Assembly (NCBI GenBank): GCA_008632985.1
Contig: QPGO01000186.1
Span: forward strand, 124,001-145,920
DNA: 21,920 nt
Source: Psammoneis japonica
Taxonomy: Eukaryota
Direction: 5' to 3'
Positions 1 to 9,471 of the stretch are shown here, one piece after another (position 1 is the first letter of the stretch; every line of letters begins with the position of its first letter). The notes under the pieces were generated by a model. It worked only from the letters and a program-made list of their open reading frames with translations, was not told the DNA's origin and did not search any database. The translations under genes were made by a program, and so were the position numbers.

Positions 1-21
1 TTTTCGCAGCGGAGTCCGGTC

Positions 22-1107
22 TCATTGAGAGAAGCTTTGTTCTTGAACTGGCGTCTGAGCTACTGGAAATCGAGGTGGATGCAAGATGCATTTCGCTTGA
101 GGCTTGTTCCTTCTCCACATTGATGCTTTTTTCTTGCTCGCGACCAACGAAGGTCGCGGCAGAGTTTTCACCATTACCCGAAGAGATGAAGTTCCTTCCA
201 GCCTGAACGCACTGGAAGGATCTCTCGGAAACCTTTTCTTTTTTCCTGACTTAAAAATTTTCCCTCGCCGCGTTTTGGTTTCCGAACCGCTAATCACCGC
301 CTTGGCTTTTTGTGGCAACGGTTTAATGGGAAGAGCCATGGTCTCGGACCCTTCTTCATCCCCAGTGACCACCAACGATGCCAACCCAAGAGTAATCATG
401 TCCTTTCCTCTACAGAGACCAATGTGAATATCAATAGACTCTGTTCCGTAGTAGGTGTTCGAATTGATTCCATTCTTGTCCGCCAAGTTGGTATCCTTCA
501 GCATCATTCGTGACAGGGTGAAGGACGCTCTATCAATCTCCCCATGCTGCTCCGCAAATGAGTGACTCTCTGTTGGCCAATATGCTACGTAGTTTTGTTC
601 ACGCGGTTTCGTTGACTCTGTCACTTGTAATGGATGGCTTGGTATATGAGTTGCAATCATTGTGTTGCTGCTGGTAACGTTTCTTTGAAAGGTGACAACA
701 GCTGTCGTCGGAGTTTGATCAAAGTTCATGCCCGAGTCAGTGGACATATCTAGAGACGACAACGATGATATAGTTGAGCCTTTTGCACTTGTTTCGGAGA
801 CACTTGGACTCGGTAGTGATCTACGAGTAGAAGCCGTAGCCGAGTATGAACCTGACGTAAGCTTTTCCTTCTTTTTCTTCTTCGGGTTGACCTCCCTTAC
901 AATTCCCGTAAGTCCAAGTACAGTTACTTTGACCTCCACTAGCTCATAATCATGGTTTGCTCTACTTCCAAAAGTACTTCCTAATGATTCACATGATGGC
1001 TGATAGCCAGAAATCGAGTTTTCGCCAAAATTGAAAGAATGGGAATCTCGATTTGGCGGAAGAGGTGGTCTCGTTGATGGAGTGCCTTGCGAGATTGTTC
1101 CAGGCAT
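22..1107 (-). CDS. Hypothetical protein, ~361 aa, Ser-rich, possibly with a C2-like beta domain
   Basis: Long ORF 22..1140 with first ATG at 1107 (MPGTISQ) and normal TpA and Tyr content. Alternating hydrophobic strands (VEVKVTVLGLTGI; IDIHIGLCRGKDMITLGLASLVVTG). The true start or extra exons cannot be fixed, and the domain call is tentative. Confidence 0.7.
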   Translation of the reverse strand: MPGTISQGTPSTRPPLPPNRDSHSFNFGENSISGYQPSCESLGSTFGSRANHDYELVEVKVTVLGLTGIVREVNPKKKKKEKLTSGSYSATASTRRSLPSPSVSETSAKGSTISSLSSLDMSTDSGMNFDQTPTTAVVTFQRNVTSSNTMIATHIPSHPLQVTESTKPREQNYVAYWPTESHSFAEQHGEIDRASFTLSRMMLKDTNLADKNGINSNTYYGTESIDIHIGLCRGKDMITLGLASLVVTGDEEGSETMALPIKPLPQKAKAVISGSETKTRRGKIFKSGKKKRFPRDPSSAFRLEGTSSLRVMVKTLPRPSLVASKKKASMWRRNKPQAKCILHPPRFPVAQTPVQEQSFSQ

Positions 1108-1483
1108 GATCGCACAACAGAAAATGCTGCTTCTGGGCAATCTTTATCGTTCGGCCTCGAAAAGAATTGTGTAAATGCGACAAAAGCTGTTGCCAAGTTC
1201 TCTATTTTGGCTTTGTGGCGAGCTTTGAAGGCTTCGTTGTCAGCTTTGTGAGGCTGCGTGACAAACAATTAGAAGATTTAGCGAGTATGTACGTTTATAT
1301 ATTCGATATCAACATCAAAAAAAGTGATAAAGAAACTTGTTTCACAGACATTTCTTGGCTAGATCTTTAATCGATTAATACATTCATTTATGACTTTGGT
1401 CATAGTAGAAATAACGGCTTCCTTTATTTAAAACAAATCCACAAAGTGAAAATATTATTATTATATACATACTCTTAAATAAC

Positions 1484-1730
1484 ACACACGCGTGTGTAGC
1501 ACACGCGCTATGTATGATAGAGTAGACTAGCTAGAGCCTCTACTCTATCGAGTCTAGTAGCCTAGTCTCTCTGAGTAGCTACTCTCTCTCCAGTGGAGAG
1601 TAGAGTAGAGAGCGCTAGAGAGAGAGAGAGACGACTCTAGAGTAGAGAGTAGGGCCGGCCCTCTAGCTAGCTCTAGCTAGAGTAGACTACGACTAGTTCA
1701 AAATAGCACGGACTCTACTCTAGCTAGTAG
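1484..1730. repeat. Low-complexity TAG/CTA/TAGAG-rich island with a (GA)n run and palindromes
   Basis: About 31 TpA but only about 8 TpG/CpA in 1501-1730. Perfect palindromes ACACACGCGTGTGT (1484-1497) and AGGGCCGGCCCT (1651-1662). Intergenic, upstream of the first minus-strand gene. Confidence 0.85.
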
Positions 1731-1851
1731 ACCTCCCGCAAAACATACGGTAAGTATGCATCAGAAAAAGCGATTTACAAAAAGACTCTAAGTACAAAAG
1801 AAAGTGCCGTAGTCAAGACTAGCAACAAAGCTTGAAGCGTCAAAACCAAAC

Positions 1852-3897
1852 TCATTCCATGACGAGTGGCTCCCCGCCACCGCCATTTTGTTCCCGAACA
1901 TCATTGATTAGATCAGTATCTACTTTCAATACACCCTTTTCATCTTTGTAAAGAAGGTTCACGAATTGGTATCCAATACTTAAGTCCACAAAATCATATA
2001 TCTTTTGAGCGTAGACGTCTGAGGCACTCACGTTTGAGACACCATTCAAACTCACAAGAATCTGATTGAATTGAAGACTTTCCCTCACTTTAGCGTAGTT
2101 GTTGAGCGATCTCGGCCACGAGCCTTTGCTTCGTCGAATGAGTTTCCTAGCCCTAGGAGTAAGAAGAGGAGAGGTTTCATCAAGAACATGACGAGCCAAC
2201 CAAACTCGTTTGAAAAAAGGGTGCTCGCTTGCCTCAATCAGAAGCTTCGAGAAAATTCTCTTGTTCACAAGCTTTGAAGCTGGGTCCTCGTCCACAGCTT
2301 GATGATCCTTTCCCTTCCCCAGAAAATATGACAGGCCGCTGCCATGAAGAGTGGAGTCCATGAAATTCAACGCGGCACCCGAGTCAGATCCATTCTCGCT
2401 ATTTGAAAATGTCGAGGCAGAGCTGTTCCCCAAGAAACGTTGCCTATCAGTGTTTAGAGCGTCTCGCAGAATAGGATCCGCATCGTCGGCGTCAATGTTT
2501 GCCACACAGTTGAGCGACGCGTCCATGATTTCACCCCCAACTTCCCCAAAGAGGCGATTTACGATACGAAACTCCAACACTGGTAAAGGTAATTTCTGTG
2601 GCAACCCGCTGTCTTCGTCGTTGTTGTCCGCCTCGGCGAATTCATCTTCTACACCACTGCCAAAGCGAATAACGACGGGGTCGCTAAAAAGAACTTGAGC
2701 ATGGCTCTGGATACGGAGAACCTTTCCAAAGAGAATAGCGCCACAGAAACCAGAATATAGAACACCAACGAACGACTCCAACGAGCAAATGATCGTGATA
2801 AAGGCGCAATTCGAAGGATTCGAGTTTTCGTGACCAAGAGCTGGATACGTGCTTCCGTATCCCCTGCAGAGTTCAAAGAGATCGAGAAAATCATCATTGA
2901 GGAACCTTCTTACAAATAAGCATTTTAATATAGATTCCAAAACCAAAGCGAGAACTTACACCGTACTGAAAGTTGTCCAACTCAAAGCAAAGGCATCAGC
3001 AAATTTCGATTTGCCTCCTTGGTTGAATTCTAAGCCTCCGACTCGAACACACTGAGGGTCCATGTCACCAGCAATAATTATGAAACCGGCAAAAATGAAG
3101 GTCAGCCCGAAAAAGACAATGCAACTTATCAGAAACAGAAAGACAAAGTTGACCCTGAACATCCAGTGTAAGTACATTGCAAGGTTTCGCTTCCTGTTCT
3201 CGCCTTCAGCACGAGTGCCCGCGCCGCAACAAATAATACGCCGGTACATTCTCTTTCGCCAGTTGGAATCTCTCTACGGAAACGATAACAGAGATATGAA
3301 CAGAAAGAAATAAAATGAAAAATGATAAACAGAAAGTCATGTCAATTCTTGGCGTAAACCGCAGACTTACACGTCTTGTAGCGGCTAGCCTATACTGCTT
3401 GACTCGACCCTCTTCCAGAGACATGGACTCATCTTGTCTATGGAAACTTGCCTCTAGATTCGCAGGTCGTTCACAGCAGCATACTCGACGGAATAAGTTT
3501 CGCCATCGGTTCATGAATCTCTCTCGAGACCCCATAGCTTGAGCTTGATTCTCGCATCGCACCTGATACCGAGTGATCACAGGCAGAGTGAGTTGAATTG
3601 AATACACAACTTATAATTGACACAAATTGAAAACACAACATCATAAGTATTTAGAATCCCCTTGTTACTTTCGTCACTGGATTTCAACAATTCCGACGTT
3701 GCATAGGGACGTGACAGCGGCTCACGACTTACAAACACGGCTTGGCATCGATCACCCTCTTCATCGGCGGCAGGTGTAGTATCAACCGCCGGTTCTTCAT
3801 CAGCGATACTCTCTGGACGGGAAATACTACGAGCCCGAAGACCACTGGTCGCTCTGGTACCAATGTGCTCTTCCGTGTTGATGTCGTTGTCGACCAT
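1852..3897 (-). CDS. Inward-rectifier (Kir-type) potassium channel, 4 exons: 3897-3733, 3562-3371, 3273-2960, 2863-1852 (560 aa)
   Basis: Three GTAAGT...AG introns (3732-3563, 3370-3274, 2959-2864) join in frame to 1683 nt. Splicing builds the selectivity filter WTTFSTV-GYG. M1 and M2 helices and Kir motifs AQVLFSDPVVI, LEFRIVN and HVLDETSPL are present. An upstream ATG at 3996 is an alternative start. Confidence 0.9.
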
Positions 3898-4041
3898 GGT
3901 GCGGCATACGTACGTACATCGCAACTCGCAACTTTTTGTGATCTTTGGGACGGGCCGACGGTTCGTTTTGAAGTCTTGGTCTGACCATGCCACCATGCGG
4001 TCTCAGTGATTTTTCGCCATTGCTTGCCGGCACTGCTGCAG

Positions 4042-4061
4042 TAGCTACTCTAGAGTAGCTA
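4042..4061. promoter_or_regulatory. Perfect 20-bp palindrome TAGCTACTCTAGAGTAGCTA upstream of the Kir gene
   Basis: The palindrome is read directly. Its core ACTCTAGAGT also occurs at 1634-1643. A regulatory role is inference only. Confidence 0.4.
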
Positions 4062-4869
4062 GTCGACAGTGCGTGCCAGAGTTGTGCAAACAGCAGCGAA
4101 GTTATTTTTGTCATTGAAAAATCTCGACGCTGAAAATGCTTGTCGAAAATCGGCTTTCGACAGCCACTAAAACAGTTGCAGTGACTGACGAAAGCCTTTT
4201 TTCGACATCTTCGGTTGCAAGAGAGCTGCAGAGCAAGAGCAAAGTCCTGAAACATTGGGTTCCCTGGCAATTTGTGTGATGTTCATGGAGGCACCTCTCA
4301 TCAACGGAAACTGGCAAATGATTTGAAAGATTTTTGCACGCTTTTGGCGTGCATCTTCAGGCAAATCCGAGGATTGAAATGCCCGGCAACTCCAACAACA
4401 CATTGAACCCCAGCTCCATCCACCCCCCGTCCCTCACTCAAAACAAAAACAAGAAATTGATGCACATGCCATGGCTGTTGACAATGGTGAACCACAACCC
4501 AATTCGCCCAAAAGGAAACAAACTCATCTCCACAAGAAAGCCGTCAAGTCCTGCAAGAAGTGCAGGCAACCTCCTGAAGAGATCGTGGTTCACACCGGGG
4601 CTCCGTCCGCCAGCTGAGCCCAAAGAACCAGAAGAAGCCATCACCACACTGGTGCTTTGAAGCAATGCGGCATGAATGTCCTCAAGAGAATGAACCAAGG
4701 TCATTGAAAATGACATCTTGCTCAGCAAAGCTCTTCATGGTGATGACCACAAAGGCGTCATCAACGTGAACAAAGCTCAGAGGCATGCCACAGCTTGTGC
4801 ATTTTTGAGCTTCTTGACATGCCTCCTGAGGAGGAATGGGATGGTCAGAATGGAGCAATGCTCACAATT

Positions 4870-5150
4870 AAAAAAACCTGCACATCTCTCTGGGATCGAA
4901 TGTCAAAGACATCTTGCACAACATCACTCGCGACCATGAAATCGCATCGAGTGCAGCGGTGACAGGATCACAAACAGCACCATTGGCCTGTGTCCAATTG
5001 TGTCTTTTGGAAAAAAAAACCCTTGGCATCTCCCTGGATCAAATGTCAAAGACATCTTGCACAACATCACTCCAACCACGAAATTGCATTGAGTGCAGTG
5101 GCGACAGGATCACAAATGGCGCCCGTTGGCCTGCATCCAAGTTTGTCTTT
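4870..5150 (+). repeat. Diverged tandem duplication, 2 copies, period 143 bp
   Basis: TGTCAAAGACATCTTGCACAACATCACTC occurs at 4901 and 5044. Most differences between copies are CG vs TG/CA or TG vs CA. Confidence 0.85.
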
Positions 5151-5866
5151 CGATTTGCAAGAAGCCAAGATCGTTGGCAACAACATTGAAAAAGGACTTT
5201 TGGCACCCCAGACAGCTCAACTTTGCAATAAGCACCAGCATGAGCAAGGGAAAACTGCACTTGCAAGTGCTTCTGTTGACAACTTGACAGGGCGGGTGGG
5301 TGCCAAGGCACAGAAAGCCAAGACGACAAAACAAGGGAACAAAGATCCTGACTCTCCCTGGTCATGAGGAAGATGCAATTGGACTTGCCAGCTGTTGGTT
5401 TGGTTGGAAACAATTGGAGCACAAAAGAGAGCTGACAGAGATCCTGAAAGAAGTTCGCTGCTGCTCACACCTCCAGTGTGTGCCGTTGCCATCATTCCCA
5501 AACCTCCCATGGCAAGGAGCTGTTGATGATCAGCTTTCGTCTGGCTTTCTCCTTTTGCACCCGGCCTGTCATTGTGAGAAAACAACCACAACAAACACTC
5601 TCAGCCCTCCTGTTGTCTCAGCACACCCTCATCTGGGGACATTTCAACCCACAATTTTGGGCCCAGCTGCAAACAGGGGACATGGCTGTGGCCAGTTTGC
5701 TTCCTGGCACCCCACACATGCAAAGCAAACAATGGCGCCCCAATTCCCACCATGAATGGTGCAGCAGGGACCTCACTTGGGTGCTGCACCGCCATCAGTC
5801 TCTCAAAACGGTGGACGAAATTTTGAAAGCATGCTTGTTCTGGGGCGTTCAAACGTTCAAATCAAA

Positions 5867-6020
5867 ATGGCTGGGGCCAACTCAAACAAAGGTTTCATTG
5901 CTCAAATCATTGGTCCTGCACTGGACATTGAATTCCCATCAGGAGACTTGCCTCCTGTTTTGAGTGCAACAAAATTGAGCTGGAACACGGCAGCACAACC
6001 ATTGTGAGGTGGCTGCAACA
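5867..6020 (+). pseudogene. atpB: 5' fragment of plastid ATP synthase beta subunit (probable nuclear plastid DNA insertion, NUPT)
   Basis: Translates MAGANSNKGFIAQIIGPALDIEFPSGDLPPVLSATK and, after a 1-nt shift, IELEHGSTTIV. This matches the AtpB N-terminal pattern G.I.QIIGPVLDIEFP.G.LP.I..AIKI..IVEVQQ. Frameshifted and truncated. Confidence 0.85.
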
Positions 6021-6237
6021 GTGTCCGTTCAGGTCTTTAGTTCGCACTTTTCATTTTTGACACATGCAATCGCACTTGCACGTGCCAGCTGCGCACAAAG
6101 ACAATCAACACGGTCTGTCTGCCCATCCACCAGAATCTGCATGATGCGACCACTGCTGTGCTGCGGTGCGGCAGCCCGAGACACTGCAGCAAACTCATTC
6201 AACAACACCCGTGCACCCATGCACTGTGGCCTCGAGA

Positions 6238-6495
6238 TTCATCGTGAGACCCTGCAAATGTGGAGGGACCCTCCTGTGGAGCTCTGCGCGAATTTTTGCA
6301 CGTGGTGCTGAAACATGCAGCCCACACACGCAAAACTGGTGCAGCACAGTTTCTGCAACAAAAATCCGAAAAAACGCCCAGTTCGCGAGATGGCTCTGGC
6401 ACAAAACCTGCGTGAACAGTCCCCACACATTCATGCAGAACTCTGCACATTTCCGGGTTGCGGGTCCTTCCACATTTGTGGGGTCCCACGATGAA
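6238..6495. mobile_element. MITE-like element, 258 bp, with 34-bp terminal inverted repeats
   Basis: 6238-6271 TTCATCGTGAGACCCTGCAAATGTGGAGGGACCC vs reverse complement of 6462-6495 TTCATCGTGGGACCCCACAAATGTGGAAGGACCC (30/34). A subterminal inverted repeat lies inside. No clear target-site duplication. Confidence 0.65.
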
Positions 6496-8844
6496 GATGC
6501 CAGACTTCGTCCTTCAATGCGACCTCAGCCTTGACCACCTCTGCCACAATGGTTTTCCCCACCAAACTGTGTGCTCATTCATTGCCAGGGGTCTCGAGCA
6601 GCAAGGGTTGTAGCGGCACCAGCAGTCATGCTGGCATGCAGACGGCCATCCTGTGGGGTCGCACTCCACATCTCAATTGTCACCTCTTTGCCCCTGCAGT
6701 CGAAGTCAGGTTTGGAGTCGGGACATTTTGCCGCCTCGACCATGAACAAAGATTCAACTTTGTCAATGTCAGACAAAAAAGATGACATCTTTTCCTTGAC
6801 CGATTTTGTGATGACCGATGTGCACAAGATGATCAGCTAGGCCATTTGGAAGGGCGTTGAATGGCAGCAAGATTTGTGTTGTCTCCATAGATTGACCAAG
6901 GCAGAATCATGCAAATGCTTTAGCCATGCTGCATTGCACTTGGGCAACAATGCGTTTCCAGATGATGCCACCAATGAAAAACTCTTTTGCCATGCAAAGC
7001 AAGGTTGGTTCTTTCTCAAAGAGGCAGACCAACTTGCCAAGACTCGCATGAAAGAAGCCATGGATTTGGACCAGTGGGCGGTTGCGCAAAACAAACTGGC
7101 TGGGGTTTGGTGCTGAAAAGGATGTCTTGTGCTTGTCCTTTGCAAGGGAATGCAGATGGGGGCTGTCCCATGAACACCGTGCCTTTTCTGCCAACAAACG
7201 CTGACTTGCGTGGTCTGAGTTTTCGTCTTCTAATGCAACAAGGGCCTTTCTTCTGTTCAGCTGGCTGCCACCACACTTGTCACACCTGTCCAATGGGCCC
7301 AATGCAAGGCAGAACAGTTGACTCCATGGTGCAGTCGACTCTGATGCCAGGGCAAAATGCTGACATTCAATGGTGGCAAACATTTGGGATCTGAAACAAT
7401 TTCTAGTTTCAGAAAAAAACATTAGATTGACCTGACTGACATGCAAGTTCATCTCCTAAAAAGCCATTTGAGTTGCTTCTTTTGCTGTTTGTGCTCCAGC
7501 CGCACTTGGCAATGGCCACAATTTTCTCCAATCTAATTTGCCTGAAAAATTTGCAGTGTCATTTTTGTGAAATTCAGTGGAAGAGGCGATGAATGGCTGC
7601 TGTTGTAATTTCACAGATTGCTGTTTGCTGGAGCAGGCACTGTCAGGTGCCGGCGATGCCCGTGGCGCATGAACGGTGGGCGGAAACTTCCGGCAATCCA
7701 AAGGGGAAGATGCTGGGAGAATGTTTGATGAACCCTGTTGGTCACATGTTGAGTCACACCTGCAGCAAGAGTCCCTCATGCAAAGTCAATCAAATTGACA
7801 ATCGTGGCGAAGCATTTCATTTGGCGGTGCATTGGCTTGATTGTTTGCAGCAGGAAGATCCAGCATGCTTGCCACTCTGCCAAGAACTGTGCCACCATCA
7901 AAGCCAAATTGTTGAAGAATTCAAGCACTGTCAAGGTCATGCTGTCGATCTGGGCAGGTGCTTCTTGTTTGATCCCGACAAAGGCAAAATGGCGATGAGC
8001 CCTTCACCTGCCCTTTCAACCATTTTGGATCATTTTGGATGCTGAAGTGAAGATGTGTTGGGTGCAGCAACATCGGCGCTTGGTTAAAAGAAGAAACATC
8101 CTTCATGTTTGTGGGCATTCAACAGCTCATGTGCACAAATGCTCGCACCACCCTTTTGTTGTGTGTTGTTGCTGCCAGTGTCACCATGTGATGCTGCCAC
8201 TGCAACATCTTGCATCTCACAATCACCAACATCTTGCTGCTCACAATCATCGAGGCGCAGTTGTGGCAGTGGCAGCCATGACATTGTCAACAAGTCAACT
8301 GCACATGCACATGATTTGAATCTGTGCCTGGCATGGTCACAAAATGCAAGTTTGTTTTTCAACTGCGCTGGCTTGTCCTTTCTTTTCAACAATCCCGGCT
8401 TCAATGTTGGCATCGTCAACCACCTCTCTGATCTGGATGGCCAAATCCATCCACCAAAATGACACTGTTGGGACAATCTGTTGAGTTGTCATTGAATCCA
8501 CACTGACTTTGTCAAATGCAGCAAACAGCAGCACTGACCTTTGCCTTCTTGACAAAAAGTCCTCCCCTCAAATTCATTTTGTGCATCGCAAAGCCATCAT
8601 TGAGAGCTCCAACTTTGATCCATCAGCAGCAGCCAGAATTTTGATGGCGTTCCCAATGGCGATGATCCAATGCAAAAGAATGATCAAGTCTTTTGACAGT
8701 CTGCTGCATGCGTTGTTGGAACATGGAACAAACAAATCCCAAAGATGCCACCGATGTGGTTTTCCCTCTAGAGAGTCAGTGGACTTGGAAGCAGCAGGGG
8801 CTGCATGCCCATCATTGACATTGATGGGAAAGTCTGGGTCTTCA

Positions 8845-9092
8845 CACTTCATGATGCAAGCTCTCCATCAAAGAAACAAGTGTCCTGAGAGTCTTCTTGG
8901 TCATGCAATCAGCTGGCATTTGATTGGCGGGCAATGCTCAATCAGTGCATTGCCTCTGATGGCTTGGTCATGGACAAGAAACATCTGATGTTCAATGCAC
9001 TGGTTCGCTGCCCAGAGCTCCTCTTTCATCAGTCTCTGGGAGGATTGCAGCCTTGTTGTCTTGTCAGATGGCATTCCGTGTTGCATCACACC
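8845..9092 (-). mobile_element. Ty1/Copia (CoDi-like) remnant, 3' half of RNase H
   Basis: Minus strand reads GCDATRNAI*QDNKAAILPETD, then FLVHDQAIRGNALIEHCP and MPADCMTK in shifted frames. This matches Copia RNase H (YQDNKSAILLE...IEYCPT..M.AD..TKPL). Confidence 0.85.
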
Positions 9093-9459
9093 TGCACTAT
9101 GCTCGAAGAACGAGTGTAAACGAAAGTAGAATGGTGTACGAAAAGTGGAAATTATAAGATTAAATTTTGCTCTGTGATTTTTGGTTTCTCCGAACGAGTT
9201 CTCAATGGCCTAAAGCTTCTGTACTGCTTCTACAGACAAAAGGCCTTTCGGAGAATATATTCGTGACAACAGATTGTCCGGATACGATTGCTATTGACAC
9301 GTAAGATGTCAACATCGTCAATCGATCGTATTTGCAATTCTCGACATCCGATCAACTCTGTGTGATCGTTCTGTCCTTTGTACGCATCCACGACTGTGGT
9401 ACGATTGACATGTGAATAATATATAATCATAAATATGTATATAACAGTCGCATACTGCA
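9093..9459 (-). repeat. 3' LTR of the non-autonomous Gypsy element (367 bp)
   Basis: 360/367 identical to 13464-13830. Terminal inverted repeat TGCACTATGC...GCATACTGCA. Confidence 0.95.
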
Positions 9460-9471
9460 TTCGCCTCCCTA
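9460..9471 (-). other. Polypurine tract of the non-autonomous Gypsy element
   Basis: Minus strand AGGGAGGCGAA directly precedes the TG of the 3' LTR. It resembles the PPT of the second Gypsy (GGGGAAGCGAG). Confidence 0.8.

Larger units (their letters stand above)
4170..9092. other. TpA-depleted block of decayed repeats and gene fragments
   Basis: About 14 TA dinucleotides in ~4.9 kb, where a few hundred are expected. TG/CA is in strong excess and CpG looks reduced. Contains recognisable TE and plastid remnants. Confidence 0.9.

Noticed and set aside
5700..5866. Extension of the plastid insert upstream of atpB
   Set aside because: No recognisable plastid gene sequence in any frame by eye.
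4300..9090. Dozens of 60-180 aa ORFs as real genes
   Set aside because: They overlap in all frames, lack Tyr, have no recognisable domains, and are explained by loss of TAA/TAG.
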